From positions 19,147,994 to 19,211,993 of the forward strand of contig NC_068981.1 of the NCBI RefSeq assembly GCF_001194135.2: DNA of 64,000 nt, in the 5' to 3' direction. Position numbers and translations under genes: made by a program. Shown piece after piece: positions 61,111 through 64,000 of this stretch (its first letter is position 1; each line of letters opens with the position of its first letter). Below the pieces are notes generated by a model. The model was not told where the DNA came from. It ran no database searches and saw nothing but the letters and a program-made list of their open reading frames with translations. The stretch comes from Octopus bimaculoides (Eukaryota).

Positions 61111-62096
61111 GGCCATTGCGCCTCCACCCAGCTATTTCTACCAGATAATCAACCATATTGTATGTCTCTTGTTGGCTTGTGATGGGTTAGTTGTAAATAA
61201 TGGGGCCACTCCGAGTCATCCCTTACTTTATGATGCTGATACAAATAAGTGCAGTGGTTCAACGCAAATGTTAACTTATGAGTTCAAATACTGCTAAGTA
61301 CAACTTTGCTTTTGTACTTGCAGGGGCTGATAAAATCAAGCAACAGTCAAGTTGTAGGGTTGATGTAATCAGCTCTAGCTTTCTCCATCAAATTTGAGAG
61401 CTTGTGTCTATGTTAGATATATTTCACACTTTAGAACTTCTGCAAAAAAATCAGTGGTCTTTCTGTTGGAATCATGAGATAGTAACTCTTTTTGATATCA
61501 GGATATTCGAGGAACATTCTGCACCAATGGACTCCTTTCATCATTCAGTTCTGATACTTCCATGTTATCATGCATTCTTTAAACTACATTCTTTCAGCAC
61601 AAACAGGTTTAGATATGTCTTTCACACACTTCCTTCTATACATAAGTAATCTGTTTGCAATCACACATACATACACACACACGTGCTCACACCCCTACAC
61701 ATGCCTGTATACATGCATACAAACAGACATACATACAGACATTCACACGCGCATATATATATATATATATATGCAATACTACTCTTTAGTAGAAAGATAG
61801 TATGACTGTAAGTGGAGTTATAAAGATGGAAAATTAATAGTGTGGCTATAAGGGAAGTAAAAGATAGGGAAAAGATATGGTATTTATAGAGTATGATACA
61901 GAGATATATTCCTGTTATGTATTATTAGCAAATTCCTCTGCAGCATAGCCTTTTAGAATACATACGCACACACACACATAAATATACATACAGATACATC
62001 TATATATAGTTATAAACATATATACATATATTTAAATATATATATATATATAAATATGTATGTGTATATATATATATATATGTATATGTATGCATG

Positions 62097-62137
<41 letters not shown>

Positions 62138-63714
62138 NNNNNNNNNNNNNNNNNNNNNNNNNNNNNNNNNNNNNNNNNNNNNNNNNNNNNNNNNNNNNNN
62201 NNNNNNNNNNNNNNNNNNNNNNNNNNNNNNNNNNNNNNNNNNNNNNNNNNNNNNNNNNNNNNNNNNNNNNNNNNNNNNNNNNNNNNNNNNNNNNNNNNNN
62301 NNNNNNNNNNNNNNNNNNNNNNNNNNNNNNNNNNNNNNNNNNNNNNNNNNNNNNNNNNNNNNNNNNNNNNNNNNNNNNNNNNNNNNNNNNNNNNNNNNNN
62401 NNNNNNNNNNNNNNNNNNNNNNNNNNNNNNNNNNNNNNNNNNNNNNNNNNNNNNNNNNNNNNNNNNNNNNNNNNNNNNNNNNNNNNNNNNNNNNNNNNNN
62501 NNNNNNNNNNNNNNNNNNNNNNNNNNNNNNNNNNNNNNNNNNNNNNNNNNNNNNNNNNNNNNNNNNNNNNNNNNNNNNNNNNNNNNNNNNNNNNNNNNNN
62601 NNNNNNNNNNNNNNNNNNNNNNNNNNNNNNNNNNNNNNNNNNNNNNNNNNNNNNNNNNNNNNNNNNNNNNNNNNNNNNNNNNNNNNNNNNNNNNNNNNNN
62701 NNNNNNNNNNNNNNNNNNNNNNNNNNNNNNNNNNNNNNNNNNNNNNNNNNNNNNNNNNNNNNNNNNNNNNNNNNNNNNNNNNNNNNNNNNNNNNNNNNNN
62801 NNNNNNNNNNNNNNNNNNNNNNNNNNNNNNNNNNNNNNNNNNNNNNNNNNNNNNNNNNNNNNNNNNNNNNNNNNNNNNNNNNNNNNNNNNNNNNNNNNNN
62901 NNNNNNNNNNNNNNNNNNNNNNNNNNNNNNNNNNNNNNNNNNNNNNNNNNNNNNNNNNNNNNNNNNNNNNNNNNNNNNNNNNNNNNNNNNNNNNNNNNNN
63001 NNNNNNNNNNNNNNNNNNNNNNNNNNNNNNNNNNNNNNNNNNNNNNNNNNNNNNNNNNNNNNNNNNNNNNNNNNNNNNNNNNNNNNNNNNNNNNNNNNNN
63101 NNNNNNNNNNNNNNNNNATATATACGTATATGTATGTATATATATATATGTATATGTATGTGTGTGTGTACAGAGACACACATATGCATACACATATAAC
63201 ATCACATACCATATCAATAATCTCATAGAAGTACCTACCTGTATGAGACTAATAAGCTGGCAGATTTAAAGTTGATTTTGGTAAAGTCTGATGATGAAAT
63301 GGTTCCAGAATGAAATAGTTTCCTCTCAAACACCACATAAAATTATTGTTTTTACTGAAGATTTAAGTATAATTTTTAATGTATATTCCTTTCAGAAAAA
63401 TATAGTTTTAATATTTGATAAATAAATATTTTTTGGTGGAGAAAAGATTGCTTTTAAATTGAATAAATAAATATAAAGGATTTTTGTTAAAAATTTTGAT
63501 TTCTTTCAGATAATTGAGCATAATTGAGTATATATATGTGTTGAATATTATATAAATTTATTGAGTCTACTTTAAAATCAAAGTTTTTGTTTGTTTTTCA
63601 TACTTTTATGTATTTGATAATATATATTTGTAAAAATTGGTTTTTGTGTGTGCGTGCATGCATGCGTATACATACACATACACACACACACATATTTATA
63701 TAAGTATAAATGTA

Positions 63715-64000
63715 TATCATCATCATCATCATCATCGTTTAACGTCCGTTTTCCATGCTAGCATGGGTTGGACGATTTGACTGAGGACTGGTGAAACCGG
63801 ATGGCAACACCAGGCTCCAGTCTGATTTGGCAGAGTTTCTACAGCTGGATGCCCTTCCTAACGCCAACCACTCAGAGAGTGTAGTGGGTGCTTTTACGTG
63901 TCACCCGCACGAAAACGGCCACGCTCGAAATGGTGTCTTTTATGTGCCACCCGCACAAGCCAGTCCAGGGGCACTGGCAACGATCTCGCTCGAAAATCCT
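63715..64000 (-). mobile_element. Young RTE-3'UTR-type repeat copy (runs off the window)
   Basis: Near-identical to 24900-25230. Confidence 0.9.

Noticed and set aside
13833-63269. Long ORFs made of Y/I/C/V/H/T repeats or spanning X runs (e.g. 51746-53068, 62000-63269)
   Set aside because: Translations of microsatellites and N gaps; no coding information.

Overview
Eukaryotic, repeat-dominated, mostly intronic or intergenic DNA. It is AT-rich, with dense (TA)n/(CA)n/(ATG)n microsatellites that frequently abut N gaps. The SINE/LINE repertoire and assembly style point to an octopus genome, probably an Illumina Octopus assembly (inference). No intact long host ORF is present. Recognisable content: a full-length but dead mariner (4748-6021), a decayed Tc1 (DD34E), several MITE/foldback elements, and fragments of RTE, R4/Dong-like, CRE-like and L1/Tx1-like non-LTR retrotransposons. 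There are also Penelope-like elements (PLEs) of apparently three types and about 25 tRNA-derived SINE or RTE-tail copies. The best host-gene signal is a phase-compatible exon pair in a CpG-rich patch at 37469-37908, which I could not identify. The most interesting structure is at 55416-55994: the end of a PLE ORF, a Pol III tRNA-like head, (AAT)n and a pseudo-LTR carrying a minimal hammerhead ribozyme, with a second, inverted hammerhead-bearing pLTR copy. Also notable are variant-core hammerheads, a 126-nt near-perfect hairpin, combinatorial SINE module swapping and an Illumina adapter remnant. Family assignments come from motif recognition by eye, not database searches, and most boundaries are approximate unless exact motifs are quoted.
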